Below, in pieces: positions 1 to 11,500 of a stretch of DNA of 64,000 nucleotides. Position 1 is the stretch's first letter. The number at the start of each line of letters is the position of its first letter. The stretch lies in the NCBI GenBank assembly GCA_964247055.1, contig OZ176054.1:11718001-11782000 (forward strand). The letters run 5' to 3'. A program made the position numbers and the translations under genes. The DNA is from Paragordius varius (Eukaryota > Animalia > Nematomorpha). The notes below the pieces were generated by a model. That model saw only the letters and a program-made list of their open reading frames with translations, searched no databases and was not told the DNA's origin.

Positions 1-209
1 GAAAAAATTTATGGCTTTAGGATAGTAAATTGTTTTATTTTTGCCAACAAATTTAATATTTTTATGAATTCATATTAAAATTGATACATTTTAACGTTAA
101 ATTGCAATCATATTTTCTCTTATATATATATCATACTTATTTTTCGATTAAAAAAAATATATTTTTTTATAAAAACATACATATGACTTGAAAAAAGTGC
201 GTCTATATA

Positions 210-490
210 TACTGTTTAATCTCAGATTCACCCTTAGGCAATTCAAATTCCCCCTTAAACATTTCAAATTTACCTTTAAAAATTATATATTTTGTGGCAA
301 ATATAACTCATTATTAATAAAAAATTTCTTTATGGCATAGTTAAATGTTTTTAGAGTGTTTGATTTTAAGAAATTTCATTCTTTTTTTGAAAATATATAA
401 AAAAATACTTTAAAAAGAAATATATATTATTTTAGAGTAGATTTGAAATATTTCAAGGTGAATTTGAATTGTTCAAGGGTAAATAAGTGT
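210..490. mobile_element. Family-A foldback MITE copy (degenerate)
   Basis: TTCAAATTCACCCT-type 21-bp units at left, inverted GGTGAATTTGAATTGTTCAAGGG at right; abuts a (TA)n tract. Confidence 0.65.
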
Positions 491-495
491 GAATG

Positions 496-532
<37 letters not shown>

Positions 533-546
533 AAATTGAAATATAC

Positions 547-3500
547 CTTGATTTGTCGTCGCAGCGCCAATATTGTAATTTCTAACAATGTGTTGATTAT
601 TTTGATTATTAAACTGCTCGGAATTAGGATTGAATTGTTGATTAACTGGTCCACCGGTGGGTAAAACCCCAAAATTCGGATTATCGCCTCCCACGTGTTG
701 TATATGCCTAAAAACAAAAAAAGCAAATATTTTTGAAAAAGAGTTTTTTTAATTTCATATATATCATATATTTAAATTTGATGAATGAAAATTATTAAGG
801 CTAAAAATCAAACATATAAGGCAAAAACATTGATTGAACATATAATATTAAAGAGGCTAATTTATTTTGATATGATATTAATAGAGAATCAGATTAATTC
901 ACCAATTTTTACGTAAAAATTTAATTAGTTAGTTTAACAAAAAGCATCAAATGTTGAATAATAAAGAACTCAATATATCAAAGCCTAGATATAATAAATT
1001 ACGCAGTGTAAACACCTAAAGGTTGTTTTAACCATAGAAAAAATTGATGGTTTATACTATTATTGCATATACCAAATCACTCTTTTGCCCTGATATCTCT
1101 GAATTAAAAGGGGCCAACTAATCACACACGATAAAACGTCAACAATTATACATACATAATCTTTTCAAATGCTATAAAATAGCATCCAGACTCAAAGAAT
1201 ATTATCTAAAGTATCAAAGAGCTCTAAATTCATGGGTATTAAGGAAGGCCCTGATGAGACGACAAGAAATATATTTTTTTGGTGAGTATCACCACACTGT
1301 TCTAAATGCAAAAATCTAGTATTTGTTACAAACAATCACAATATATAATTAATTAGTTCAATTACAATACACAGAATAAACCCTGAGAACCCCACACAGC
1401 GCACAGATGTAAAAATTTAAATGAGTTGAGTAGATAGGTTGTATGCAACTGTCCTACACCTACTAAATTTAGACTTAGACATTTAACTCGTCACAAAGAG
1501 AAACTTTTTTTTTGATAGACAATCTCTAGTTCTTAAATGAATGTGAATTATAATATAAGCAAAAAAAATTTAGTAAACTTTACATAAATTTTTTATTATG
1601 AATTTTCTTCGTTAACTTGAAACTAAAAATCCAATTTTATGTATGTAGATTTCCTAGTTTTTGCCCAATAAAAATCTAATTAAGGTAAGACTTTAATATC
1701 TTTCTAATTTTACAAAATATATGATAGGATAAACTCTAAAGTCTAAAAATAGCGTATATATGTTCCTAATTTTCTTTTGTTGAATAATACCGCGATATAT
1801 AAATTAAAATTCTGCAAAATTATCTAATAAAAAGCTTACACAAAATCCGTAGGGATCCCAATATCAGCTTTTTTAAGTCGTAAACTTTTTTTACCACGCA
1901 AACCTCCAACGCCACCTTTTTTGTTTCGATTATTCGTCGTTTTAGTAAAATTAGAATTATTCGGGCAAATTTGTTCATTAGAATTATGTGTTAATAAGCG
2001 ATTAACAACAACATTATTCGGTCCTCCATTTGATTGTAGTAGAAAGGATTGTCTTGTCAAATTTTCAGTCTTCGATTGTTGATGGTAATTAAGTGATGTT
2101 TGAGATGTAGTTGAATTTAAAACTATCATCCGTAAAAAAATTATTATGTACTTTTTTTGTTTAAAAAAATCAAAAGTTGATATTGATTCTAATAAAATCA
2201 GGATAAAAAATAATATTTATCAGTACATAAATATCATAAATTCTTTGTTATAGCAGAAAATATTAAGATGGACTTGTTTTTGAAGACTAAAAAAACTTCT
2301 CTTATAGTAGTTAAAAGAAAGTTTTTATATATAACATTTTCACGCAAATAAAAAGTTTTGGCTTCTAAAAATTAAGATAATTGAAAAGACCAAATCGTTA
2401 AAAAGAAAAGCAAATTAAATTGATCAAATATTCCTCTGAAAATCATATTAATAATAAAAATAAAAATATTTTAAATTATTAGAAAAAAATTATCAATTAA
2501 TAAATCAATTTAATATAAAAGCGTAATGAGGGGCATAATAAGCCATTTATTTTTTCCCACAATTTTCGCTTGATTACGTTATTATAGTATACATTTTAAT
2601 GGTTGCTTATTTCACGTACTATATAGTAGGGGGCAATTTGCAACACACAGTAGTGTATGGAAAAAAGAAAGAAAGTAATTGTTTATTCAACAATTTGTTG
2701 TTTTTTCCATACACTACTGTGTTGCAAATTGCCCCCTACTATATATTCCACTAAAATGCATACTGTAAACCAAGGAATAATGAAAATGAAACTTATTAGT
2801 CCGGCAGAATTATAAAAATATAGTCATGTTCAAATTTAAAGCAATTCACATAATGAAAAAAGTTACAAATCAAACAAATTAAAAGTTTAAAATAAAAAAA
2901 TTTATAAAACTTTGTTCATGTGATGGTATAAATTGTTGAGAATGTATTGGTGTATTATTGGAAGAAACGTTAGTTGATTGACTTCGTTGCACTACAAAAA
3001 AAGGAAGAAAAATGAAAATTTCAAAAAAAATAAATCAGTTTTGAATTTTATATTAAAATCTAAATTTAGGGTTTAAAGAAGCCAATAATTCAAATTCACC
3101 CTTGAACAATTTTAATTCACACTAAAAATAAATTATGTGTTTTCAAACTAATATAACTCATCATTGATATGAAATATATTTTTAGAAACATAGTTTATTT
3201 ATTTTTTCGGTATTATATTTTAATTTAAAATATAATTTCATTTTTTAAAAAATAATAAAAAATAAATATTTAATCTTAAAAAAAATAATTCATATCAAGG
3301 TTGATTTGACTTTGTTCAAGGATGTTTAAGGGTGAATTTGAGGTTTAAATGGTATATTTTATCATGATGTAAATTATAACCCATTATAAACGTATTATAA
3401 TTATCCGATATCCCTATATTTTTATATCACCAAATAATATCCGAATTAATTAAGTTTATGACCAAAATTCAGATTTATAACTTAAAAGAAAAACAAAATT

Positions 3501-3756
3501 AACAAAATATTTTCATTTTTTAAGATTTATTAAACTTCAAAAAACAAGTATAAAAATTAGAATCAAACTAAAATAAAAACTTACGCCGTGCATTATTAAT
3601 ACTCCTAAGCCTTTGTCGCAATTTATTTTCAACGGCTGTTTGAAAGGCATGGGCTTCCCGTTGATCCGCAAAATTCAAAGCGGCTGGACACGTCTATATA
3701 TTATTTTAAAATAAAAATAGGGTTTTCAAAATTTATTAGAGCTTATTGAAAAAAAC

Positions 3757-3797
<41 letters not shown>

Positions 3798-4881
3798 TTT
3801 TGCAATAAATCAAGCAAAAAGGGGTTACTTTTTAAATATTTATAGAAAAATCACATAAAACATATAAAAACTTGATTAACAACTAAAATAAATAAAATTA
3901 ATTAATTTATAGAAATTTATGAAAAAAGACACGTAAAATTTGAAAAAACTTACATCGCAATCAAAGGTATGGAAAAAGGGAAGCGGGGTAAAATATTGAA
4001 ATTGAAGATATAACTCTTGTTCCCATACAATCTTTTCATTCTATTAATTAATTTATATAAACAGATAAATGGGTTAAAATCAAAAAGGCAGTTAATAAAA
4101 AAAACAATTTTAATCATAATTTTTTCTACATAACCTAAACAGTTAATTTAATAAATAAAAAGTGCAGATCGAAATTTTTATTATATCACAACCGTAACGG
4201 ATGCGGAATTCAAGGATAAAAATATGGTTTTCCATTATTAAAATTAATTGATATAATTGCAATCTATATGATATGAGTCATTTCATAGAAGATATTTAAT
4301 TAATTTATTTTGATTATCATTTCTATTTTTTACATACTTAACTTAATTGGCGGCTTTAAACATTCCAAAAAATTAAAATCGATCCTAAAAAGTAGTTTAA
4401 TTAATTTTTTTTTGAATAATAAATAATTATTGTTACTATATATTAAGGCGGATGATTAAGATTTGCACTTAAATGATTAACATCAAAAATAATACACTTT
4501 TAACCAAAATTTATAAGAAGTTATTACAAAAGATAAATATATATATTTTTAAAATCTTAAATTATTTTATATAGTACAATGCTTAATATGTATAAAAACC
4601 TTAAGATCCAAAATGCGTATGAAATAAGATTTTCGACTATTATCTTTAACAAAGCAGGCAACTCCACAACACCTTTTTTGCCATTCATTGTAATGCGGGG
4701 CTTCAGCTAAAAAAACTTGAACTACAGCTGTTGCTTGAGTCTTCGCAATAAATAAAGATAAAAATACCGAACATCGTCTCCCAAGAATTTTAAAAACTTT
4801 CTCATTTTCTTCATCAGTTAACAAAATCGAAGGAACATTCAAAGGGCCAGAATTAGATTTTTTAGCTACTGAACTCGGCAT
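547..4881 (-). CDS. WAS: Wiskott-Aldrich syndrome protein family member (WH1 + basic + CRIB); 3' part (poly-Pro/VCA) lies outside the window. Exons 4881-4768, 4740-4600, 4040-3954, 3693-3585, 2122-1840, 707-547
   Basis: Spliced translation gives WH1 motifs (GRRCSTQATAVVQ, CGVACFVKDNSRKSYFIR, VWEQELY, PFFHTF, LNFADQREA) and a CRIB motif KADIGIPTDFVHIQHVG split over two exons. All junctions are GT..AG with consistent phases. Confidence 0.93.
2620..2745. mobile_element. 126-bp palindromic MITE in WASP intron
   Basis: About 45-bp near-perfect inverted repeat TATATAGTAGGGGGCAATTTGCAACACACAGTAGTGTATGGAAAAAA around a short spacer. Confidence 0.8.
3087..3354. mobile_element. Family-A foldback MITE copy
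   Basis: AATTCAAATTCACCCTTGAACAA at left, shared core, right end TAAATGGTA followed by TA. Confidence 0.75.
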
Positions 4882-7264
4882 CTCAGTATCGATATCAGAT
4901 GAAACGGTGATATCCACGAAAATTAATCAAAATTTAAAAAGGTTTGCGACATAACACAGCGCAATCAAATAAATATTTTGATAAATTAATCTTTTCTAAT
5001 AGAGGTACAAAAACATTTATTTAGTTAAAGCCAGTCATTTAAAGTTTCTGTGGTAATTGCATTAAAAATGGCACGACAAAAGATGCCAATTTTTTTTTGT
5101 ATTTTGGCTTAAAACGAAAATATTTGCTGACATTATAAATTTTATTCAAAAACAACTTATTTTAGAAAGTCCAAAACTTTGCTTTGAAACTGTCTTTTTA
5201 ATATATACGTATAAACACCAAGAGAATGAATCTTTAATATATATATATTAAATTTTCAACAAATATTTGTTGAATCGTATTTCATGGAATTTTTAAGGTA
5301 ACGATATGAAAAATTTTTGCAACATAACTGTTAAAATAGGTTTCTCTAATGTTAAGGTTGGAGCATGTTTTATAAAACTTCAGGGCTATTAAATTTTAAC
5401 AAAATTTTTATTGTTTAGTTATTTTTTAATTAGCCCGCAATCGCCTGTGTTAAGAAAGATATCTGAAACAATATTGATTTTAAAGCACGTTTAAAAAAAT
5501 ATGGACGCAAATTCTTCAACAATAATCATTTAAACTTTATATCGATAGCAAACTATTTTTAACAAATTCTCAGCTCATTATGATGTTCATGATTTATATA
5601 GATATCCTTATTTTTTACCATTTCAACCAAACTAATACTATTAAATACACCTTTCCAATTTTTAAAAAATGCATACTTTTAATTCTTTTAGCAAAATTTT
5701 TAAAGTGCACTTCCTCCTATTTTTAGCTTGATGAAAACGATATAAAAATGATTATTAACGCATTCTTAATTTGATAATGCTGAACATTTTTATCACTTCA
5801 GAACAATTAAAGTTTTTTAAATTTAGGTCCAATGAATTTAAATCTATAAAAATTCATCGAAATCTAAAACACACATTAATTCTGAAGCGACAGAGTATTT
5901 ATAATCAAATTATTAGAAAAAATGTTCTTTCAATATCTAAAAGCGTTCGTATCACCGCTTCCATCGTGGATAAATACTTATATTATGTGCCTAATCAAAA
6001 TTTTGATAAAAATTAAAGTTTTCCAAAATTTTTAAAAAATATTTTTTTGTTGTTAAAAGTTAGCATATATAGTACCCTTTGTAAAAAATAACCCCATTAT
6101 AAAAGAAATGGGTAAAAAACTAAGAATGGTCTATTTTTAATTGGTTAATATTTTATTTTATGCTCGAATTATACATAAAACTTAGGATTGGAGCCTTTCG
6201 CGCAGTGGCGAAATTATAATCTCCGACTCCACTCTGATTCAGGCTAATGGCTCTTTCACTCAGGGCTTCCGTAAAAAGAGGCGCCTCAAGATTTATAATT
6301 AACAAAATTAATTTATGATATTTTAATAAATGTTGGATCAGGTTTAGAAAGTTCCTTTTTGTCATTATATTGAACGTTAAATTTTATAAAAAATATTATT
6401 CCCTAATTTCAAAATTTATTATATTTGGCATATGATTATAAACCTGTTTTCCAATTGAAAAATTCAGAGTTTTTTTACGTTTTATAAACTCATTTGGGGG
6501 AAGTTATAAGATTTCGTAATTTTTTTCCTAAACTTTAATTTTTATTAGTTTTCTTATTTTGCATAAACAAATTCATTATATTTTATTGAAGCGTACTTCA
6601 AACTATTTTAAAGGATGATGGAAACGATATAACGCTTAAAGATATATTACAACCTTTTTTTACCTAATTCGAAGATGTTGAACACTATTATAGGTTGAGA
6701 ATTCTAATTTGAAGGTTTTTTGCAAATTTTGGAAATTTTTGTAAAAAAGAGAATAATTCTGATTGAGAAATTAGCATTTAAATTATATAGAAAGTGTTAT
6801 ATTTTCTTAACCATTGATATCGTTTCCATCATGTTTAAAATAGTAAGAAGTATAATTCAAAATTTGCTAAAATTACATTTTTGAAAGTATGCATTTTTTA
6901 AAAAACATATTTAATTGATATTAAAATATAGCATATATTTAAAATTATTGCGCGATTTCGGAATTTTGCGTTTATTTTAAAACAATCCATTATAAAAGTG
7001 CCAAAAATTATGGAACCTTCATAGCCCATATCTAAAATTTAAAATTTTTAGAAATATTGTATTTTTATATGTAGTTTGTTATATTTTAGTGATAATTTTT
7101 AAAATAAAGTATTTAACACTTAACAAAAAATATATTAGAAAAAATTGAGCACATTTTGCAATATTATACGAAGCACTTACCATAAAAGTGTTAATTTTAA
7201 AAACTATTAATGGTTAAAACAAGTACCATGATAATTCTGTTATTTTATTTTCAGAACATATATA

Positions 7265-7298
<34 letters not shown>

Positions 7299-7566
7299 CA
7301 GGATAATCTTTTGTGGAAACTGTGTAATATACTCCGATGGTGTAAAAACAGGCAAAATATGATTTAATTTTATACTGCGTCAAAGTTCTAAATATCTGGT
7401 CACATTAGTCTACAGAAAGCATCATTATATTTTCTCGAGAGATATCATTTGCAAAATTTTTAAATTAAAAAATGTAACTGTTAAGAGCTAAATTTTATGT
7501 GAGTCGGATACGTTTTTGCAGATTGTGAAATATACCGAGTTGGTTGCTTTTATTAGTGAGTCTCTC

Positions 7567-7953
7567 ATGGAAAAACCAATCGAGGAAAAATTGGAAAAAA
7601 TGTATGTAATATTTTTTAATTATAGTTTATCCTCTGATACAAATATTGAATTTATTGGAGTTTTTGATTATTCTGGAAATTCCATAGCCTCTAAAGTATA
7701 GTTTTATATATTACAAGGGTAATGATAAAAATATAAAGCATTCCAATAATATTGCTAATATTGTTCAGCAAACTTTTGATATGTTATCTTCTGATATGGT
7801 GAAACCAAAATCTTCAATGATGGAAACTAAAATGCCTTGTGAATATATCACCATTAATCTATCTGACAGGTTTATTAAAATTTATATTTTAGGGAAATAT
7901 TAGTCAAACCTCATGAAACTCATATATTAGTTATAAAGAGAAAAATAAATTAA
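7567..7953 (+). CDS. LAMTOR5: Ragulator roadblock subunit, most like LAMTOR5/HBXIP; exons 7567-7601, 7626-7695, 7718-7869, 7893-7953
   Basis: Removing three GT..AG introns of 24, 22 and 23 nt gives an open 105-aa protein (MEKPIEEKLEKILSSDTNIEFIGVFDYSGNSIASKG...KHSNNIANIVQQTFDMLSSD...YITINLSDREILVKPHETHILVIKRKIN*). It aligns by eye with remembered LAMTOR5; LAMTOR4 is the alternative. Confidence 0.72.
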
Positions 7954-8591
7954 TATATCATTATTAATAATTTGTTTTAATAACCAAAATGCGTTTTTTT
8001 ATTTGTTAACATGCCATGGTGTTCGTTTAACGCAATTAATATTACATTTTAGAGCTTTAGAATTTGGGTTTTTGCACTCGAATCATTATGAAAACATGTA
8101 GTTCAACCACTTTATTAAATCATTCAATGTCAACCCTAATGCAAAACAAAATTCTTTAGGTCCATTGTTATTTTATAGCAATTTTCTGGAAATAGGCCCC
8201 TTAAAAAGCCTTCCTTTTACTCATTTTTATTAAACTAATCATTCATGATGAAACCAGTTTTTTTATACCCATACCCTGTAAAATAGCGTTGTACGCAATA
8301 ATAATTCTTTTTTAAAGCAATTTTCGATACTAGTCATTAGATTAAATAATCGACGGTCCCTAGAATTATGGCTTATTCTATGGGAAATTTGTTAGTAAAT
8401 ATCCAATTTTCAAAGGTCATCCAATATTTCTAGAATGTAAATTATTTTAAATTAATTATTTTGTGATTAGCCAAACGAGATCGCAAAATTATATCACTAG
8501 AATTCTCAACTTTTCACATAATTACAAAATATAATCTTCCAATTATACAATAAAAGCTAAAATTTGATATGGAGTAAAAATTTATTTTTGT

Positions 8592-11500
8592 TCATGATTG
8601 TGTTGACTCACGCCAATTTAATTTAGCAATATCGATTGCTGTTTTAGTCAGATGGTTGACTTCTTCCAAATTTGTCAAAATCACAACTATAATTCCTTTG
8701 ATGTCTATAATAGAGAAAAAAATAACACCATATAAAACATTTTTTGTCAAAGTTTTAAAAAACAATAATATTAAATTTTTAAAGAAACGTAAAAATTAAA
8801 AGACAACCATATTTTAAATCGTGATTTTCTTCATTAAAACTAAACGTTTTGGGTCGAAAAATAGGGAATAGATGTGGAAATGTTAAATAACAGTACTAAT
8901 TATATATTACAAAAATTTTGTAATTAGTTTATGTAGATAAATTTAGGTTTAAAAAAGTATGGTTTTGTCTGTAAAAATAAATGCTAGTATTTTAAATCTA
9001 TTGTCTATATACTATTAGTTATATAAAAAATTGGAATAACACGGACAAAACGTGAGAATATTAAGACATGTATTTTTTCCAAAAATAACCATTTTTTAAA
9101 TCTAATTTTTTTAATATAACTCATTGTTTTGAAGTATAAATTATGAAATAGAGATGATATATTGGTAATACAATCAATTATACATTTTTTGATTGTATTT
9201 GAATGATTCATAAGTTGTCTTTTTAAAAAATCGTCTTTTTATTTGTATTGTTCAAATACAAAATTTTTTTCCAATCTTTACCCGTTAAACTTTGCGACGT
9301 TTTTGAATCGAAAAAAATGTCGTCTCCATCTTCAGCCAATATGGCTAAAATACTTGTCGCGCCCACGGAACCTTAAAAATATGGAAAAAAATTAAAATAA
9401 AATTTATATAAAAATATTTTTTTAACAAAATTATTTAAATACCGCCGGAATGTTGAAAAATACTAACGCGTCTTTGAAAATTGTTGTTACATGCGGGGCA
9501 TTCTTTGATAATTTCATTGCTCTTTTTATTGGTTATCACTGAGTTTTCATTGAGATGATCTTTAGTAATACTGTTTGTATCGTTTTTGTGAACTAAATAT
9601 AATAATTGAAAACATTTCAATATGTATACAATATTAATAAACGCTAAAATATTTAAGTATAGGTTTGTTTATGTTTTAAATAAAGATGTATAAGAGATTG
9701 TCAATTTTTTGATTATATAGCTGATATGTAGGTAATTGACACAACATTGTATGATTGTTTTTTTATCTTACATGAATTATTATTAATATATTAATCGCTT
9801 ATGGCATGTATGTTCGTGCGTCATTATTCTTGGGTTTTTGATGTAAATATTTGTAACATAGAAGACATATTTTTACAATGTTTGAATTATAGCTAATAAA
9901 ATGTATGTATGTATGTGTTTGTAAAAAAGTATAAATATCAACAACAATTTTAATAAATACACATTATCTTAATTTTAAGTTATTCCGGTATACTATTTAA
10001 TATTATTTGGTGACGAGGATGGGATTCGTCTTTATTTGATTATGCCACGAGTTTCGATAGGCCAATAATATATCATTACAATTCAATTTCACCCTTGAAC
10101 AATTCAAATTCACCCTTAAACAATTCAAATTCACCCTCGAACAATTCATATTCACCCTCAAATAAAATATACGTTTTTTAAGATTAAAAATTACCAATAT
10201 TTTTATATATTTTAAAAAATAAAAATTTTGTTTTAAATTAAAATAATACTGAAAAAATAATAAACTATAACATAAACATATATTTCATATTAATAATGAG
10301 TTATGTTAGTTCGAAAATACATAATTTATTTATAGGGTGAATTTGAATTGTTCAAGGGTGAATTTGAACTGTAAACGGTATACATTATTTAAAGCCTCTT
10401 GACTCTTTATGCGCCAGTCATATCATTGTAGAACGAAATCTTGATTTTAACATGTAAATCACTCTTTCCACCCAAACCATTCGTCCTTGGGTGGAATAGG
10501 GAGCAGACGTCACATGATTAATGTTCGATTTTGTGTTTCCTTAATAAGTAAAACCGAATTTTTGCAACCTTGCTAGGGGGTCTCTTTAAGGTTTCGATCA
10601 TGTTACCAACAATCAGCCATTGTGCCCCTACAATCTTTAAGTATACCTAAAATCTATTATTCTTTGGAAAAGCATGGGGGAAAACCTTCAATCCAAATGG
10701 TAGACGATTAAATTGGAAATATTCCATCGGGGTAGTAATTAACAAATATTTCTTGCTCTCCTCATAGGTAAGCGTCCTTCAAATCAATGAACGAGAACCA
10801 TGTGGATCGTGCACATTTAGACGCTTCGCGTCAAGAAAATGCCAAAATGCAGAAAAAAATTATTCTTTGATTGAATTAGGAACTAAGGCTTTTCTATTTG
10901 GGTATATGGCCAGAAATGTGAGGTCTGGTCAGATCATAAGCCGTTAGTTCATTTATTAGGAAACAATCGGAAGTTAAATGATATTAAAAACTGTAAATTG
11001 TTAAAATGGATATCTATAAGGCCGTCGAGTGTATGATTTTGATATGAAATATATCGCGGGATCCACAAACCTGGCCAATGTGTTTTCAAGACTTCCCGAA
11101 AAAAGTCAGACACCATTAGCCAATGATGATGAATATGTGGCCGAAAAAATCCGACAAATCGCATTCGTGGACTTAAATTTAATTAAAACCCAAATAAAAA
11201 AAGATAGTTTGGAGGATAAACTGTTTAAACGATTATATGTATGTATGGAACTTAAAAATAATGCCACGCTGAAATCAATATTTCGTTCTACGCTGATTAC
11301 GGGCATAGTCAAGAGGCTTTAAATAATGTATTATTGGCCTATCGAAACTCATGGCATAACGAGAAAAAGACGACCCCCGCATCACCATTTACAATCAAAT
11401 TCACACTCGAACAATTCAAGTTCACCCTAAAAATAAATTATGTGTTTTCGGGATAATATAACTTATTGTTAATAAAATATCTATATGGCATTTTATTATT

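Noticed and set aside
473-726. ORF-track peptides containing YIYIYI (also 11978, 14553, 14574, 26057)
   Set aside because: They are translations of (TA)n microsatellites past the true splice donors.
6192-6300. AGCCTTTCGCGCAGTGGCGA resembles the U4 snRNA 5' end (and loosely the SRP Alu domain)
   Set aside because: No k-turn 5' stem-loop, no Sm site and no SRP S-domain motif follow; an exon reading fits at least as well.
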